DNA from: a bacterium | GTDB taxonomy: Bacteria > Patescibacteriota > Dojkabacteria > JAKAPS01 > JAJZLI01 | NCBI GenBank assembly: GCA_021791275.1 | Contig: JAJYWX010000007.1 | Location: 4,918-68,917 of the forward strand | Direction of reading: 5' to 3' | DNA: 64,000 bases | Shown: one piece after another, positions 19,696-30,328 of the stretch | Layout: every line of letters begins with the position of its first letter | Numbering within the stretch: position 1 is the first letter of the stretch | Translations under genes and position numbers: made by a program | The notes under the pieces: generated by a model | The model's input: the letters and a program-made list of their open reading frames with translations, nothing else | Told to the model about the DNA's origin: nothing | The model's database searches: none

Positions 19696-20916
19696 ATGAA
19701 TGATCAAAATAATGGGGGAGCAGTGATACCTCCTAATAAAGATTTTAATATTCCAAATGTCTTTCAGCAACAAGATGCTGTTAATAATGATTTAAATAAA
19801 AGTGATACTCCATCAACAGATATTCCTCAGCAAAACTCATCTGAAGGAACAGAAGAAGTATCAGCTGGTGTATGGAATACTGTTCAAAATACTCTACAAA
19901 ATGAAGGCAATTCAAATAACCAAATTCCAGATAGTGTAGAGCCATATAATATAGCTAAAGAAGGGAATCCCCAAGAAGAGGTTAAGGTTGAGCCTAAGGA
20001 AGAAGTCAATAAAACTCCAGAAAATAATATTTCTATTGATAAGAATCCATATGATTTTGTGTTAGAAAATAGTAACCCATTTTTAACTAAAGATAACCCT
20101 TCATCAGATATGAATTCAATGAATAATCCTAATGTTATAACGGGAAACAGTACACAGACAAATACTATTCCTCAAGATAATAATTTATCTCAACCCTCTC
20201 AGGTGGGATTAGGAAATAACCCCTATAATCAATCAGGTCAAAATTTGAATAACAATACTGATGGTTCAACCCTCCAATCTCAGCAAGGTGTACCTGGTTA
20301 TTCTCAAGATCCAGCTGTTCCTGGTGCAGGATTTAACAATTCCAATCCTAATCCAAACCAGACCATTCCAAGTAATAATGGTTTTGATCCTAATAATATA
20401 GGAGTTAAGCAAAATAATACTTCTTTTCCTCAAGACAAAGGTAATATACATGATCCATTTGAGAGTCAGAATCTAAATAATAATATATCTCAAGGACAAC
20501 AAAATAATTTTGTTAATAATAATTTTGATCAAAATGGAATACCTACTCAAAATGTAAGCCAACCCCAGATGGCAAGTGATATCGCAGATAATAGGAGTGA
20601 GGATCTTTTAAATGTATTGTCATATGTTCTTTTTTTGAATATTTTTATGGTAATAATAGCTTTTTTGAAAAAAGATAATTTTTTAAGATTTAATTCAATA
20701 CAAGGGTTCGTATTTGATCTTGTATTCTTAGTATTATTCCTTTTAATAAGATATTTACAGCAGTTATTCACTACTATTTCTATAATATTTCTTATATTAC
20801 AGGTAATTTTATTTATATCTTGGATTCTGCTTTCAATATTTTTTATGTATAAAGCATACAATGGGGATAAGTATAGCTTCTCCTTTTTCGGAAAAATTGC
20901 CAAAGCATTTGATTAA
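19696..20916 (+). CDS. N/Q/P-rich disordered protein with C-terminal DUF4870-like 3-TM domain
   Basis: About 300 aa low complexity, then LSYVL..FLRFNSIQG..KAYNG. Confidence 0.7.
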   Translation: MNDQNNGGAVIPPNKDFNIPNVFQQQDAVNNDLNKSDTPSTDIPQQNSSEGTEEVSAGVWNTVQNTLQNEGNSNNQIPDSVEPYNIAKEGNPQEEVKVEPKEEVNKTPENNISIDKNPYDFVLENSNPFLTKDNPSSDMNSMNNPNVITGNSTQTNTIPQDNNLSQPSQVGLGNNPYNQSGQNLNNNTDGSTLQSQQGVPGYSQDPAVPGAGFNNSNPNPNQTIPSNNGFDPNNIGVKQNNTSFPQDKGNIHDPFESQNLNNNISQGQQNNFVNNNFDQNGIPTQNVSQPQMASDIADNRSEDLLNVLSYVLFLNIFMVIIAFLKKDNFLRFNSIQGFVFDLVFLVLFLLIRYLQQLFTTISIIFLILQVILFISWILLSIFFMYKAYNGDKYSFSFFGKIAKAFD

Positions 20917-20948
20917 AATATTTTTTTATAGTGTATAATTAGCTAATT

Positions 20949-21021
20949 GGCGACGTATCCGAGTTGGTTCAGGAAGCGGTCTGCAAAACCGTATACGTGG
21001 GTTCGAATCCCATCGTCGTCT
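20949..21021 (+). tRNA. tRNA-Cys(GCA)
   Basis: GGCGACG/CGTCGTC stem, CTGCAAA loop, GGTTCGAATCC. Confidence 0.95.
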
Positions 21022-21034
21022 ATATAAAAAATAC

Positions 21035-23116
21035 ATGGATAGTAACGATATAAGGAAAAAATTTGTAGAATTTTTTAAAAGAAATGGTCATCAAGAGTTT
21101 GAATCTTCCTCTCTTGTTCCTGATGATGAAACACTTCTCTTCACAACTGCAGGTATGGTTCAGATGGTGCCATACCTTTTGCGTGAAAAAGATATAGAAT
21201 ATCCTCGGGTATGCTCTATTCAGAAAAGTTTTAGAACTGTAGATATAGATAGAATTGGTGAAGATGGAAGACATCTTACATTTTTTGAAATGTTAGGTTC
21301 ATGGTCTTTTGGGGATTATTATAAAGAAGAGGCAATTAGGCTTGCATTCGAACTTTTAACTAAAGAGTATGGAATAGAAAAAGATAAGTTATGGGTAAGT
21401 GTTTTTAAGGGAGATAAAAATATTCCTGAAGATAAAGAATCATATGAGCATTGGTTAAATATAGGTATACCTCAAGATAGGATAGTTAAACTAGGAAGGG
21501 ATAATTTCTGGGGGCCTACGTCAGAGGAAGGTCCTTGTGGTCCCTCTACGGAAATATACTTTGATCAAGGAGAAGGTATATGTATTAAAAAAGAATATGT
21601 ATGTTGCAAAAAAAATAAGTGTATTCCCGGATGTGATTGTGATAGATTTTTAGAAATATGGAATGCAGGAGTTTTTATGGAATATTTTAAAGATGTAAAT
21701 GGCATTTTTTCAAAACTCCCATTCACTAATGTAGATACAGGGGCAGGATTAGAAAGGCTTTCCCTAGTACTTCAGGGCAAAAAATCAGTTTTTGAAACAG
21801 ATTTGTTTTATCCATTAATAGAAAATATAAAAAAACACACTCCTGAAAAAGATAAATTTAACATTAATAGTGCTTATCTTATTGCAGATCATGTAAAAGC
21901 TTCTGTATTCTTAATATCTGATGGAGTTTTACCTTCAAATGAGTATAGAGGATATATATTAAGAAGAATTATAAGAAGAATGTTTTATCATAAAACCTTT
22001 ATTGGAAATAATGATGGGGGTTTTATTGATCTAATAGAAAAGGTAATTGATATATATAAAGATCAGTATCCAAATATTTCTGATTTGGATAGAATTCAGA
22101 ATGTACTTTTCTCTGAAGATCTTTTATATTCAAATACTATACTTAAGGGAATAAAAAAACTTGAAGATATGATAAAAGATAAAAAAATTATATTAGGTGA
22201 GGATCTTTTTAAATTACATGATACATATGGCTTAAGTTTAGATATGTCTAAAGATATATTAAAAGCAAAGGGAATTAAATTTGATGAAAGAGGGTTTCAA
22301 GAGAATATGAGAAGGCAACAGGAAAGGTCAAGAATGAACTCAACATTTTCACTAGGAAAAGGGATGGAGTCAGATTTTTCAGACTTTCCCAAAACAGAGT
22401 TTTTGGGATATGATATTTTATCTTTAAAAGATGCAAAAGTTTTATATTCTCAAAGAAATGGAGATGATGTAACTTTTATTTTAGATAAGACAACATTTTA
22501 TGCAGAAGGTGGGGGACAAGTGGGTGATAGTGGTAAGGTTGTGGGGAATGAATTAGAAGTAGATGTAAGTAATGTGAAAAAAACTAAATTGGGAGTCTAT
22601 TTGCATTTTGGAAAAGTTGTGAATGGAGATATAAAAGAAGGAGATTTTGTTTCCTGCTATGTTGATAAAGAAAAAAGAGAGAAAGCATCCTTTAATCATA
22701 CAGCTGTACATCTTTTAAATGAAGCGGTAAAAAAAATATTAGGAAATGATGTTTCTCAAAAAGGTGCATTTATAGATTCTGAAAGAATGAGATTTGATTT
22801 TAATTTTCCGAGAGCATTAACTGAAGATGAAATAAAGGCAATAGAAGATTTGGTAAATTTAAATATATCAAAAAATGAGGAAATTGAGGTTTTAGAAAAA
22901 AATTTTGATGATGTAAAAAAAATGGGAGTAGATCTTGCATTTGAAGATAGATATGATAAAAATTCCAAATTAAGAGTTGTAAAAATAGGGGATTTTTCTG
23001 TAGAGCTTTGTGGTGGAACTCATTTTGGAAATACATCGTCTTTAGGTCACTTTAAAATTACTAAACAGGAGAGTGCTTCTAAAGGTATAAGGCGAATAAG
23101 AGCAATTTTAGAATAA
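21035..23116 (+). CDS. alaS: Alanine--tRNA ligase (lacks C-Ala domain)
   Basis: LLFTTAGM, TFFEMLG, GPCGPSTEI, DTGAGLER, HTAVH, CGGTH, GIRRI. Confidence 0.97.
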   Translation: MDSNDIRKKFVEFFKRNGHQEFESSSLVPDDETLLFTTAGMVQMVPYLLREKDIEYPRVCSIQKSFRTVDIDRIGEDGRHLTFFEMLGSWSFGDYYKEEAIRLAFELLTKEYGIEKDKLWVSVFKGDKNIPEDKESYEHWLNIGIPQDRIVKLGRDNFWGPTSEEGPCGPSTEIYFDQGEGICIKKEYVCCKKNKCIPGCDCDRFLEIWNAGVFMEYFKDVNGIFSKLPFTNVDTGAGLERLSLVLQGKKSVFETDLFYPLIENIKKHTPEKDKFNINSAYLIADHVKASVFLISDGVLPSNEYRGYILRRIIRRMFYHKTFIGNNDGGFIDLIEKVIDIYKDQYPNISDLDRIQNVLFSEDLLYSNTILKGIKKLEDMIKDKKIILGEDLFKLHDTYGLSLDMSKDILKAKGIKFDERGFQENMRRQQERSRMNSTFSLGKGMESDFSDFPKTEFLGYDILSLKDAKVLYSQRNGDDVTFILDKTTFYAEGGGQVGDSGKVVGNELEVDVSNVKKTKLGVYLHFGKVVNGDIKEGDFVSCYVDKEKREKASFNHTAVHLLNEAVKKILGNDVSQKGAFIDSERMRFDFNFPRALTEDEIKAIEDLVNLNISKNEEIEVLEKNFDDVKKMGVDLAFEDRYDKNSKLRVVKIGDFSVELCGGTHFGNTSSLGHFKITKQESASKGIRRIRAILE

Positions 23117-23121
23117 AATTT

Positions 23122-23502
23122 ATGTCATACTTCTTGGGAATAGATTTTGGAAATAAATATATAGGATTAGCTCTCTCAGATAAGAAAGGTAAGTATTCAT
23201 CTCCATATTCTGTAGTTAGAAATAACAAAGATTTTTTATCTTTTCTTAATGATTTGATATTAAAATATTCTGTAGATACTGTAATAATTGGGAATCCTCT
23301 AAATTCAGAAGGAGAGGATAGTGTTTATTCAGAAAAAATAAAGGAATTTTCAAAAAATATTAATTGTAAATATGTCTTGTGGAATGAAACTTTAACATCG
23401 TTTGAATCTAAAGGGAATTTATCGAAAAATAAAAAAAGAATAGATGATGTTGCAGCATCAATTATTTTACAAGAATATCTAGATTATATAAATAAATCAT
23501 GA
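23122..23502 (+). CDS. ruvX: RuvX/YqgF nuclease
   Basis: LGIDFG, IGNP, NETLTS, DDVAASIILQ. Confidence 0.92.
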   Translation: MSYFLGIDFGNKYIGLALSDKKGKYSSPYSVVRNNKDFLSFLNDLILKYSVDTVIIGNPLNSEGEDSVYSEKIKEFSKNINCKYVLWNETLTSFESKGNLSKNKKRIDDVAASIILQEYLDYINKS

Positions 23503-24554
23503 GAAAACTCAAGATAGCTATAGTAATATTGGTATTTTTGGTATTAGTTTTTGGAGCTTTGTTTTATTGGTATGAGTCAAATGTTGATTATGTGGGAGGT
23601 ATAAAAACCTCATTTATAAATTTTAGTATTTATCCTAATGATAATACAGGTACAATCTTATCTGAGCTTAAAAAGGGTAATTTAATATCTTCTGTTAATG
23701 TTGCATATTTATATATTTATCTTCAAAGACCACTTTTCTCATTTTATCCAGGAGAATATAGGATTTATAAGAACGAAAATTTAGAAGCTTTAATAAATAC
23801 TTTCAATAATGGCCCTTTTTATAAAATTATTGAAATTCCCTCTGGTCTTAGAATAGCGGAGCAGGCTAATGTTATAAGAAATGAACTTAGTGTGGATAAT
23901 CCTCACTATAAATTCTCAACTTCAAATTTTAGATATATTGCACATACTTCATTTAGAAATTTATACAGTTACAATTTTTTAACATATATACCCTCTAATG
24001 GGACCCTTGAGGGGTTTCTTTATCCTGGAGTATATAATGTTCCATTGAATGCAAATGCAGAGTATATAATTAATTTAGAACTCATGGGATTTGAGAAAAA
24101 TATTTTTTCGAAATATACAAACGATCTTATAAATGATCCAGATGGGTTAACTTTTTACCAAAATATGGTTATAGCATCTATTGTAAGGAGAGAAACTTTG
24201 TATAATTCTGATAAGCCAATAGTTGCAAATATATTTATAAGGAGGTATGAAAGTGGTATACCTCTTGGATCGGATGCAACAGTTCAGTATGCACTTGGAT
24301 TTGATCAATCTGAAGGTAAATGGTGGAGGACTAATATTACATCTCAAGACCTATCAATTAACTCTCCTTATAATACAAGATTGTATAAGGGTATTCCGCC
24401 TACTCCAATTTGCTCTCCTGGGATAAATTCTATATTAGCTACCTTTAATTCAAAACCCAACAATTATCTTTTCTTTGTTGCAGGTAAAAATGGTCATCTT
24501 CATTATGCAAGAACTTTGGCGGGACAAAATAAAAATATCCAAGAATACTTGTAA
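23499..24554 (+). CDS. mltG: Endolytic transglycosylase MltG
   Basis: LEGFLYP, ASIVRRE, SDATVQY, SPYNT, PPTPI. Confidence 0.92.
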   Translation: MRKLKIAIVILVFLVLVFGALFYWYESNVDYVGGIKTSFINFSIYPNDNTGTILSELKKGNLISSVNVAYLYIYLQRPLFSFYPGEYRIYKNENLEALINTFNNGPFYKIIEIPSGLRIAEQANVIRNELSVDNPHYKFSTSNFRYIAHTSFRNLYSYNFLTYIPSNGTLEGFLYPGVYNVPLNANAEYIINLELMGFEKNIFSKYTNDLINDPDGLTFYQNMVIASIVRRETLYNSDKPIVANIFIRRYESGIPLGSDATVQYALGFDQSEGKWWRTNITSQDLSINSPYNTRLYKGIPPTPICSPGINSILATFNSKPNNYLFFVAGKNGHLHYARTLAGQNKNIQEYL

Positions 24555-24586
24555 AAAAAATCTATTATAGCTAATATTAAAAATAT

Positions 24587-25429
24587 ATGTTTCTTAAAAA
24601 AAACTACTATATTTGGATACCTATAATTGTACTTATTGTAGTTATAGTTTTTATATTGGTATTTTCTTATTCCCAATCTTTATTGCATTCTCAAAATGAA
24701 CTTGCGAGTGTAAATGGTACACCTGTAACAAAGAATGAGCTTATAAATTATACCTGTTCTAATGGAATTAATAATTGCAAAAATAATTATATTTCTCAAT
24801 TGCAAAATTTTATTAATTATGAATTAGAATATCAATATCTAAAAAATAACAATAAGCTCCCATCCAAATATTCTATATATAATTATTATAAAAATAATAT
24901 TCCTCAATCCACATATTTATTATCTTTAAACCCTTCAAAAACTTCTTTATACTTGAGTGAAAATAATTTTTTTTCAAATCAATCATTATATTATAAATAT
25001 TATCAGCTAGATATACAGAATATAGTGGGGAATATGCTATTAAAAAATTATACAGTATATATATTTATTTATTCTGGAAATTCTGCTGCAGGAATAAATC
25101 TTATTAAATCAGAACAGAAAGAATTATCATCTAATCCAGCAAATAGGTTATCTTTATTGAAGAACCTTAATGGAGAAAATATGGTTTCAGAATTAATTTA
25201 TAATATTAACTCTCTAAATTATAAAAACACTAATATATACAGTTTTTTTAATTTAAATTCAAATATGAAAAGAATTATATTTTCTACAGAGACGAATTCG
25301 GTTTCACCTATTGAATATAGTGGAAATATGTATTATTTTGTATATAATAAATATATTAGTAATGGTTTCAGCAATATAAATGAGGCAATTAAATATTTGA
25401 GATCTAATGCAACAGTGTATGTATATTAA
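24587..25429 (+). CDS. Membrane-anchored SurA/PrsA-like protein (divergent)
   Basis: TM then ASVNGTPVTKNEL; C-terminal VSPIE and LRSNATV. Confidence 0.5.
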   Translation: MFLKKNYYIWIPIIVLIVVIVFILVFSYSQSLLHSQNELASVNGTPVTKNELINYTCSNGINNCKNNYISQLQNFINYELEYQYLKNNNKLPSKYSIYNYYKNNIPQSTYLLSLNPSKTSLYLSENNFFSNQSLYYKYYQLDIQNIVGNMLLKNYTVYIFIYSGNSAAGINLIKSEQKELSSNPANRLSLLKNLNGENMVSELIYNINSLNYKNTNIYSFFNLNSNMKRIIFSTETNSVSPIEYSGNMYYFVYNKYISNGFSNINEAIKYLRSNATVYVY

Positions 25430-26696
25430 TAGATTTTTATTAAAATCAGTACAATTCATATCTATATTTTTTATAATATTTCTATTCCTTACCTCTAAAG
25501 ATTATGCGTTTTCATTTAGTCTTTTCAAATGTGGGATAACCAAGACTAGTGCCTGTAAGCCTCGAAATTCAATAGATTATTCACTTATCTCAGGTGCGAC
25601 TATACAGGTTAAATATTTGGATGGGACCATTTCTACTGTAGGAATATCTTCAAACTCTTTATTCAATACTGCTTCATTTAATGGTATAAATCCAGGAACT
25701 ATTACTAGCATGACAATTTCTATTCCAAAGAATGAACTAGATTCTGCATTAGGAATAGGGGCTGGATCAGGGTTTTCATATTATCCGACATTTTCTGGAT
25801 ACAACGGTTTTCCAATAGATCCGAATTTATATCTTTCAGGAGTTAACAATATTTCATATACTAAAGGATATATGTCTTCTGGTCTTACTTTTGGAGTAGT
25901 AACTAATTCTGTGTGTAATCTCTATGTTAGCCTTTTAGGATCTATTTACTATGTTTCACAAGAGACGACAACATATCATTGTGGTAGTGTTCCAAGTTAT
26001 AGAAATGAACTGTATAATTATTCTAGTCCAAACTATTATGTACATATCCCCTTTATATTTACTTCTAATAGTAATGATTTTATATTTCAATCTTTTCCAG
26101 GTGAGGATGTAAATATTTATGAAGGTAACAGTGAAAATGAAAATATTGGTATAGAGGTAAATCCTAAAAATGCATCATGCAGTTTTTCTAATTTTGCTAC
26201 CACCACTAGTAGTATAAGTGGGTCTTTCTATATTTCTGATGGACTTTTTCCAGATATTATATCCTATTCATATAATGGCACAGTAAAATATTTTACTGTA
26301 CAAAATCCATACAAAGGTAATGGTTATAATTTTACAATTAATGGACTACCTTCTGGGACGCAAGTAGATTTTTCGTATCAAGATACTGGATATCCCCCTG
26401 TTCCAAAATGTTTAGGAAATGCTACTACGAAAACTGTAGTTACATTATGTAATTTGAGTACATGTCCCCCTCCCTCTTGTTTACAACAAGCTACACCTTC
26501 AAATCAGCTTAATATTAATGGTGGATTAGTAGGATATAATGGAGTATATATTTTTAGAGATTTAGGCAACTGTCAAGATTATTATTATCCTTCAGTAAAT
26601 ATAAACTATAATCCCGCCTTCTTAGATATAAAGAATTCTTTGTATAATAGGAATTTGGGCTATTATATTCAGTATTGGCTAGAACCTGGAATATAG
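25407..26696 (+). CDS. Secreted Cys-containing beta-rich surface protein
   Basis: Signal-like N-terminus; FnIII-like FTINGLPSGT; C-terminal LNINGGLV..RDL..YPSVNINYNP. Confidence 0.55.
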   Translation: MQQCMYINRFLLKSVQFISIFFIIFLFLTSKDYAFSFSLFKCGITKTSACKPRNSIDYSLISGATIQVKYLDGTISTVGISSNSLFNTASFNGINPGTITSMTISIPKNELDSALGIGAGSGFSYYPTFSGYNGFPIDPNLYLSGVNNISYTKGYMSSGLTFGVVTNSVCNLYVSLLGSIYYVSQETTTYHCGSVPSYRNELYNYSSPNYYVHIPFIFTSNSNDFIFQSFPGEDVNIYEGNSENENIGIEVNPKNASCSFSNFATTTSSISGSFYISDGLFPDIISYSYNGTVKYFTVQNPYKGNGYNFTINGLPSGTQVDFSYQDTGYPPVPKCLGNATTKTVVTLCNLSTCPPPSCLQQATPSNQLNINGGLVGYNGVYIFRDLGNCQDYYYPSVNINYNPAFLDIKNSLYNRNLGYYIQYWLEPGI

Positions 26697-26733
26697 TTGT
26701 ATTTTTTTTATACTTTCGTTAATATAAATTTAT

Positions 26734-27357
26734 ATGGAAAAGTACTTTTTTAAATCAATCTTTTATTTTATATCCTTTGTGGGGGTGTTCCTTTTATCGA
26801 ATTTCTTTTCGGCTGGGTATATATTTGCTCAAACTCCTCCATCTTCAGTATCTTCTGGATCAGGATCAACTTCAACATCAACTACAAAAACCTCAACAGA
26901 TACACTTTCATGTAATTCTTTTTCTATTTCTCAAGGTGGAAATACATCATCTAATGTAAGTTCCTCATCTCCAGTAACAATAACTTCAGGCATCACTGCA
27001 TCATCATCTTCAACAATAAACTATACAAACGCTACTTGGTCTTCTAGTGTGGGAACAATATCTCCTTCTTCTTCAAAAGAGTCAGCTGTATGGACTCCTC
27101 CATCAAATTCAACAAATGGTGAAAGTGCAACGATATCTTTATCTAATGTAACAGACTCTACTGGTGCAAGTTTATCATCTCCTTGTACTGTAACATTAAC
27201 TATCCAGGTATCTTCTCTTCCAAATTCCGGATACGACACTCCTACATATATAGCATTAATTTCTGGGATATTTTTAGTTTTGTTATCATTTATATACTTT
27301 AGATATAATTTTGATATTAAGTCTGGTATCTTTAAAAATAGAGTTTCAAAAAGATAA
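26734..27357 (+). CDS. Ser/Thr-rich surface protein with LPxTG-like (LPNSG)-TM-basic tail
   Basis: Signal peptide, Ig-like S/T-rich region, LPNSG + TM + K/R tail. Confidence 0.65.
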   Translation: MEKYFFKSIFYFISFVGVFLLSNFFSAGYIFAQTPPSSVSSGSGSTSTSTTKTSTDTLSCNSFSISQGGNTSSNVSSSSPVTITSGITASSSSTINYTNATWSSSVGTISPSSSKESAVWTPPSNSTNGESATISLSNVTDSTGASLSSPCTVTLTIQVSSLPNSGYDTPTYIALISGIFLVLLSFIYFRYNFDIKSGIFKNRVSKR

Positions 27358-27361
27358 TTTC

Positions 27362-28225
27362 CTATAAGCTTAGCATAAATAAAGTTAATCCTAGTTCTAA
27401 TTCAAATTTTCCTTCGTTAGAAAGAGAGTAAAGGTTTATAAGTTTGTGATATATATTTTTAAGTTTTTGATTATCATATCTATTCTTTTTTACTTTTCCC
27501 ACCCCATATTCCGATATATTTATTTTAAAGGGAGGTTTCTTTAATCTTTCGGAGATAGTTTTATCACTATTAAATATAAGTTCATTTATAAATATTATAA
27601 TTTGTATTTGCCTTATTATCATGGATATTATTACCCTTGCATCTTCACCCCTACCTTTTAACGATTCAAAATGTATAAACATATCTTTTTTATTGTTACT
27701 ATTTATACTTCCCATTAAATCCCAGATAACTGTATTATTATTTTTAGTTATTATATTTTGTATTAAATCATCAGAATCATCTATAATTTTTTTTGGATAT
27801 ATATAATTTACTATTTTTATAAATTCATTTCTTATGGTTACTCTATCTTTTTCAAAATTTGCTCTTAAATAATTTATAATTTTATAATTTTCCTTTATAC
27901 CATACTCTTGAAATAAAGATTTTATATATAAAGTTATATCTAAAGCTTTTATTTTTTGACTTTTTATTTTTTTGGATATTTTTTTTGTATGTATATATAT
28001 TATATCTTCAGTTTCAAAATCTGAAATATTTTTTATTATTTTATCAGCATTCCTTATTGCTAGAATTCTCTTATCTCCAAATATATCGGAAGAGTATATT
28101 TCCTCTAATATTTCTTGGAAATCTTTTTCTTCTTCATCAAAAATTATAATTTTTTCTTCTGGGTGAGATTCTTTTATAAAAGATATAAACTCATTATAAT
28201 CTTGAGCATCTATAAATTTTATCAT
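27362..28225 (-). CDS. holA: DNA polymerase III delta subunit
   Basis: SSDIFGDKRIL, NEFIKI, VIWDL; size. Confidence 0.75.
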   Translation of the reverse strand: MIKFIDAQDYNEFISFIKESHPEEKIIIFDEEEKDFQEILEEIYSSDIFGDKRILAIRNADKIIKNISDFETEDIIYIHTKKISKKIKSQKIKALDITLYIKSLFQEYGIKENYKIINYLRANFEKDRVTIRNEFIKIVNYIYPKKIIDDSDDLIQNIITKNNNTVIWDLMGSINSNNKKDMFIHFESLKGRGEDARVIISMIIRQIQIIIFINELIFNSDKTISERLKKPPFKINISEYGVGKVKKNRYDNQKLKNIYHKLINLYSLSNEGKFELELGLTLFMLSL

Positions 28226-28863
28226 TTTTTATACTCTCTATAAGAAACTATTACTATTGATAATAAAAATCCAGATAGTCCAAATAATATTAAATCTAAA
28301 GTCTTTGATGGGAGTATTTCACTGTTTGTTATTTGGCTTGGATTATATTTTACAAAATAAGTTCTTATACATGTTGGTACTATAGTTAATTTTTTATTAC
28401 TTTTATCTATATTTAATGCTTGATTTTGGGATTTAACACAGTCCTTATACTCTCCGTTAATTATTTTTTGTAAATATTTCCTTGTACTTCCATTATATAT
28501 ACTTTTCTGATATGCCATAACCCAATCATTTGAAAGGTTTTGGTTAGTTGTTGTTATTTGCAAAGATACAATATTATTTGATACCTGTATAGATCTTACA
28601 TTTGCTCTGAATCCTGAGAGCTGGGAGGAGGTATATTTTGTTTGACCTTTAAAATATTTATATGCTTTGTTTATAGCATAATTTGTTTGTAGGTAGCCTG
28701 TAAGATCAGGGGCATCATTTGTATATATTTGAGTAGAGCTTACATATTTTGTTGGGGTTATTTTCGCATATATAAATCCTAATACTGCAAAAACCAATGT
28801 TATAATTATTATTAAAACAATATTATTTTTTAAAACTTTAATATAATCTTTTAAATCTATCAT
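28222..28863 (-). CDS. Wzz/CpsC-like chain-length determinant
   Basis: IDLKDYIKVL-TM-PTKYVSS; C-terminal P-TM. Confidence 0.75.
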   Translation of the reverse strand: MIDLKDYIKVLKNNIVLIIIITLVFAVLGFIYAKITPTKYVSSTQIYTNDAPDLTGYLQTNYAINKAYKYFKGQTKYTSSQLSGFRANVRSIQVSNNIVSLQITTTNQNLSNDWVMAYQKSIYNGSTRKYLQKIINGEYKDCVKSQNQALNIDKSNKKLTIVPTCIRTYFVKYNPSQITNSEILPSKTLDLILFGLSGFLLSIVIVSYREYKK

Positions 28864-29267
28864 AATAATTTATTGGCGTCTAAAATTAAATTAACCATTT
28901 TATCTGCAAACTTATTCTCTTCTCTTGGAACATGTGTAAATTCAATTTTATCAAAATGTTTTGAAAGAGAATAAATATCACCTAATATTTTTTTCAGATT
29001 TTCATCTTTTATCTTATATTCTTGATTAATTTGTTTTATTAAAAGTTGGCTATCACTAAAACAAGATAAATTTTTTATTTCATGCTTTAGTGCAAGAGAT
29101 ATACCCTTTAGCATTGCACTAAATTCTGCCTGATTATTTGTTTTTATTCCAAGATATTTCCCTTCAAAATCTAGTAGTTTCCCATTTTTAAATAGAAATA
29201 CTCCATAAGATGCCTTTCCTGGATTGCCTCTGGATCCTGCGTCAGTGTATAGTGAATATTCGTTCAT
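28860..29267 (-). CDS. rnhA: Ribonuclease HI
   Basis: TDAGSRGNPG, TNNQAEF, DSQL, HVPREENKFAD. Confidence 0.95.
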   Translation of the reverse strand: MNEYSLYTDAGSRGNPGKASYGVFLFKNGKLLDFEGKYLGIKTNNQAEFSAMLKGISLALKHEIKNLSCFSDSQLLIKQINQEYKIKDENLKKILGDIYSLSKHFDKIEFTHVPREENKFADKMVNLILDANKLL

Positions 29268-29353
29268 AATTAATGATTATATATTCTAAAGGGTATATAA
29301 ATCAAATATTTGCTAAGTTGTAGATTTTTTTTATTTTATATATACTAAATTTA

Positions 29354-30316
29354 ATGGATAATTCATTTTCTATATTTAAAGTAGCAGTGGTATTTGCTTT
29401 GTTTGCTATTTTAGGCTATTTCATGGCATCCTTTATTACATCTTCATTCACCCTAGTATTCTTCATATGGATAGTGTTCACTTTAATAGTGCTTTTTCTA
29501 TATCTTTCTTTTTATGAGATTTTAGAAAGTATTAATAAAAAATTTAAAAGTATAAAAAGTTCCCAAGATAAGGAAGATAAAATATTAAAAAATGATACTA
29601 ATATTAGCTCTAATAGTGCTAGTTTGGATACAACTGATTTTGTTTCCATAACTGCACATGAGATAAAAACTCCTGTATCTGTTATTAAAGGTTATACAGA
29701 CTTACTACTTTCAGATAAAGATATTTCTAAAGGTGTTAGTTCTGAGGCTAAAGAGTATATAAAAAGAATTGAAAGCTCTTCTAGTCAAATATTTTCACTT
29801 GTAGAAAATCTTTTAAATATAACTAAAATTGAAAACGGGCAAATGTCTCTTAATTTTGAAAAGTTTGATATTAATGATTTAATAGAAGAAGTATTAGATA
29901 ATATGGAAAATGAAGCTTCTTTGAAAAAGATTAAAATTTCATTTAGTGCAAATAAGGATTTGCCACAAGTAATTGCAGATAGAATGAAGATAGAAGAAGT
30001 TTTAAATAATTTTCTAAGTAATGCAATTAACTATACCCCTGAAAAAGGAGAGGTGAATATTTCTGCAATTTCAGATGAAAAATTTGTTACAGTTTTTGTA
30101 AAAGATACAGGGATAGGCATCTCTTATAATGATCAAAAAAAGATATTCTCTAAATTCTACAGAGGAGATGCTGTGAATGTAAAAAAAGTTGGAGGTAATG
30201 GTTTGGGGTTATATATATCATCTAAAATAATAGATATGCATAAAGGGAAGATTTCTGTTGAAAGTGAAGAAAATAATGGATCAACCTTTTCATTTTCTTT
30301 GCCAATTAATATATAA
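29354..30316 (+). CDS. Sensor histidine kinase
   Basis: 2 TM, AHEIKTP, NAINY, DTGIGI, GNGLGL. Confidence 0.92.
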   Translation: MDNSFSIFKVAVVFALFAILGYFMASFITSSFTLVFFIWIVFTLIVLFLYLSFYEILESINKKFKSIKSSQDKEDKILKNDTNISSNSASLDTTDFVSITAHEIKTPVSVIKGYTDLLLSDKDISKGVSSEAKEYIKRIESSSSQIFSLVENLLNITKIENGQMSLNFEKFDINDLIEEVLDNMENEASLKKIKISFSANKDLPQVIADRMKIEEVLNNFLSNAINYTPEKGEVNISAISDEKFVTVFVKDTGIGISYNDQKKIFSKFYRGDAVNVKKVGGNGLGLYISSKIIDMHKGKISVESEENNGSTFSFSLPINI

Positions 30317-30328
30317 TATATAGACTAT

